A stretch of DNA of 32,617 bases. Source: Octopus bimaculoides. Taxonomy: Eukaryota. The DNA lies in NCBI RefSeq assembly GCF_001194135.2, contig NC_068984.1, positions 39,046,945 to 39,079,561 on the forward strand. The letters are read 5' to 3'. Shown here piece by piece: positions 31,283-32,617 of the stretch. Below the pieces are notes generated by a model that was given only the letters and a program-made list of their open reading frames with translations, did not search any database and had not been told where the DNA came from. The position numbers were made by a program, and so were the translations under genes. Numbering within the stretch: position 1 is the first letter of the stretch; the number at the start of each line of letters is the position of its first letter.

Positions 31283-32592
31283 TTAGCAGTGATACCCGGC
31301 GTTGATCGGGATTAAAATGGCATAGTTTGTATATAATATGTTACAGTTATTTTGAAACAGGTGATATGGAAAAGTGTAGCATTGACAGCAAAACATTTGT
31401 GGAGTAAATGATGGGCTAATTTGACTAAGCAACATGCTATGTGTCCGTTTGGAGTATTTCAGGCCCTAACCTCTCATGGAAAATTGGGGGTAGAGGTTAT
31501 GTGATTTTTGAACGCACCGAAAAGCTGTCAGTGGATATACTTTCTATTGCAGCAGTCGGCGCTGTGTCTAACACGACCCATCATCTGAAATTTTGACACC
31601 TCCTTCGGGTTTGTTGTCCTACATCACTCATAAAGTAAAGTTGGAGGAACTGTGGTTGTTCATTTGTGGGTAACAGGGAACCAATGAGGTGATAGACTTG
31701 CCCTTGGACTTTGACGTCGGCTTAAATTCATGTTTAACTACGTTCTTATATGCAGTAAACAATGCCATTTGAAATGCAGAGTTGTATTGTCTGATATTGT
31801 TCAGAAAATCCTTTGATTGGATGGAAGTGCCTTCTAGAAGATCCGTAAGAGGTTGAGAAGGAGCTGGTAGTGCTGGCGATATTACCTGACCGCCTGAGCA
31901 GCACATAGCATTTGTTTCATTTGAAAATTTTAAACCTCTACAGAAGCGACAGTTTGTGTTTAGCACACCAATTTGGAGAGAGTTATTTATTATTTTTATA
32001 AGAATGGGATGGATCATATCTGAAAACAGTTTCAGGAGTTGTGAAGAACGAATTTGTACGTAGTCTGTTTCTGAGAGCTATTCTATTGGACCACTGTCTA
32101 ATCATTAAAACATTGATTTAATGATCCAGCATTAAGTGCTGCAGCATGCATTTGCTGATCTTGGGAAAGTCTCATCTCCCTTCTCTCTTGAGACTCCGTC
32201 TGACACACTACAGCATGCCTTTGCTGATCTCTAGAAAATCTCATCTCGCTTCTCTCTTCCGACTCTCACTATTCTATTGGACCTAAGTGCTGCAGCATGC
32301 AGTTGCTGATCTTGCTTCTCTCTTCCGACTCTCGCCTTCGGTTTTTTACAATTCTCCTTGCTTTATATTTGTTTCTGGAGAGATTACGTCTTTTCTTTGG
32401 TAGCATATTTTTTTCAATATTGTAAACAAAAAATTATAAATATAGAAAGAAATTATACATTAATTCCTCGTTTTGTAAGCAGTTGTACGTATGTAGTATG
32501 TTTTTATTTTTGTATGCAGTATAAATTAATCAAATAGAAGCACATGTATGAACTGGTAATTTAACGGTAAATGCCACAATAATTATTATAGA
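31283..32592 (-). mobile_element. Internally deleted Helitron with both termini
   Basis: 5' end A|TCTATAATAA at 32592. 3' end is a CCCG...CGGG hairpin (31295-31310), an 8-nt spacer and CTAA (CTRR) at 31283-31286. Confidence 0.85.
31580..32406 (-). pseudogene. Helitron Rep/helicase N-terminal fragment
   Basis: Starts MLPKKRRNLSR at 32406, then ES.ER.EMR.S.DQQ.HA repeats, FRYDP, CRFCRGLKF..E...CCSGG, FLNNIRQYNSAFQM and QGQVYHLIGSLLP...QFLQLYF, across frameshifts. Confidence 0.9.
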
Positions 32593-32597
32593 TAAAT

Positions 32598-32617
32598 TTA
32601 TATATATATATATATAT
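32598..32617. repeat. (TA)n microsatellite
   Basis: Read directly from the sequence. Confidence 0.95.

Overview
This is an AT-rich eukaryotic scaffold with seven N gaps and many microsatellites. It is almost entirely decayed transposable elements. The SINE families look like octopus (cephalopod) repeats, which is recalled resemblance and not a database result. I found no intact host gene, rRNA, true tRNA or CRISPR array. Contents in order: a tRNA-headed SINE inside a probable hAT MITE; a 5'-truncated CR1-type LINE; a solo LTR inserted in a SINE; a 1.48-kb ORF1-only L1/Tx1-like retroelement inserted in a SINE head; a decayed CsRn1-clade Ty3/Gypsy element on the minus strand with nested LTRs; a cluster of inverted-repeat MITEs; an old non-autonomous LTR element; a DD41D Tc1/mariner remnant; tandem SINEs; a mariner derivative built from two inverted 5' ends; and an internally deleted Helitron with both termini. 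The best candidate for something undescribed is the ORF1-only element at 6554-8032. It appears to be inserted at a defined site in a SINE, and it shares a structured 30-nt 3' tail with the neighbouring SINE-linked unit. This suggests a SINE-targeting retrotransposon system.
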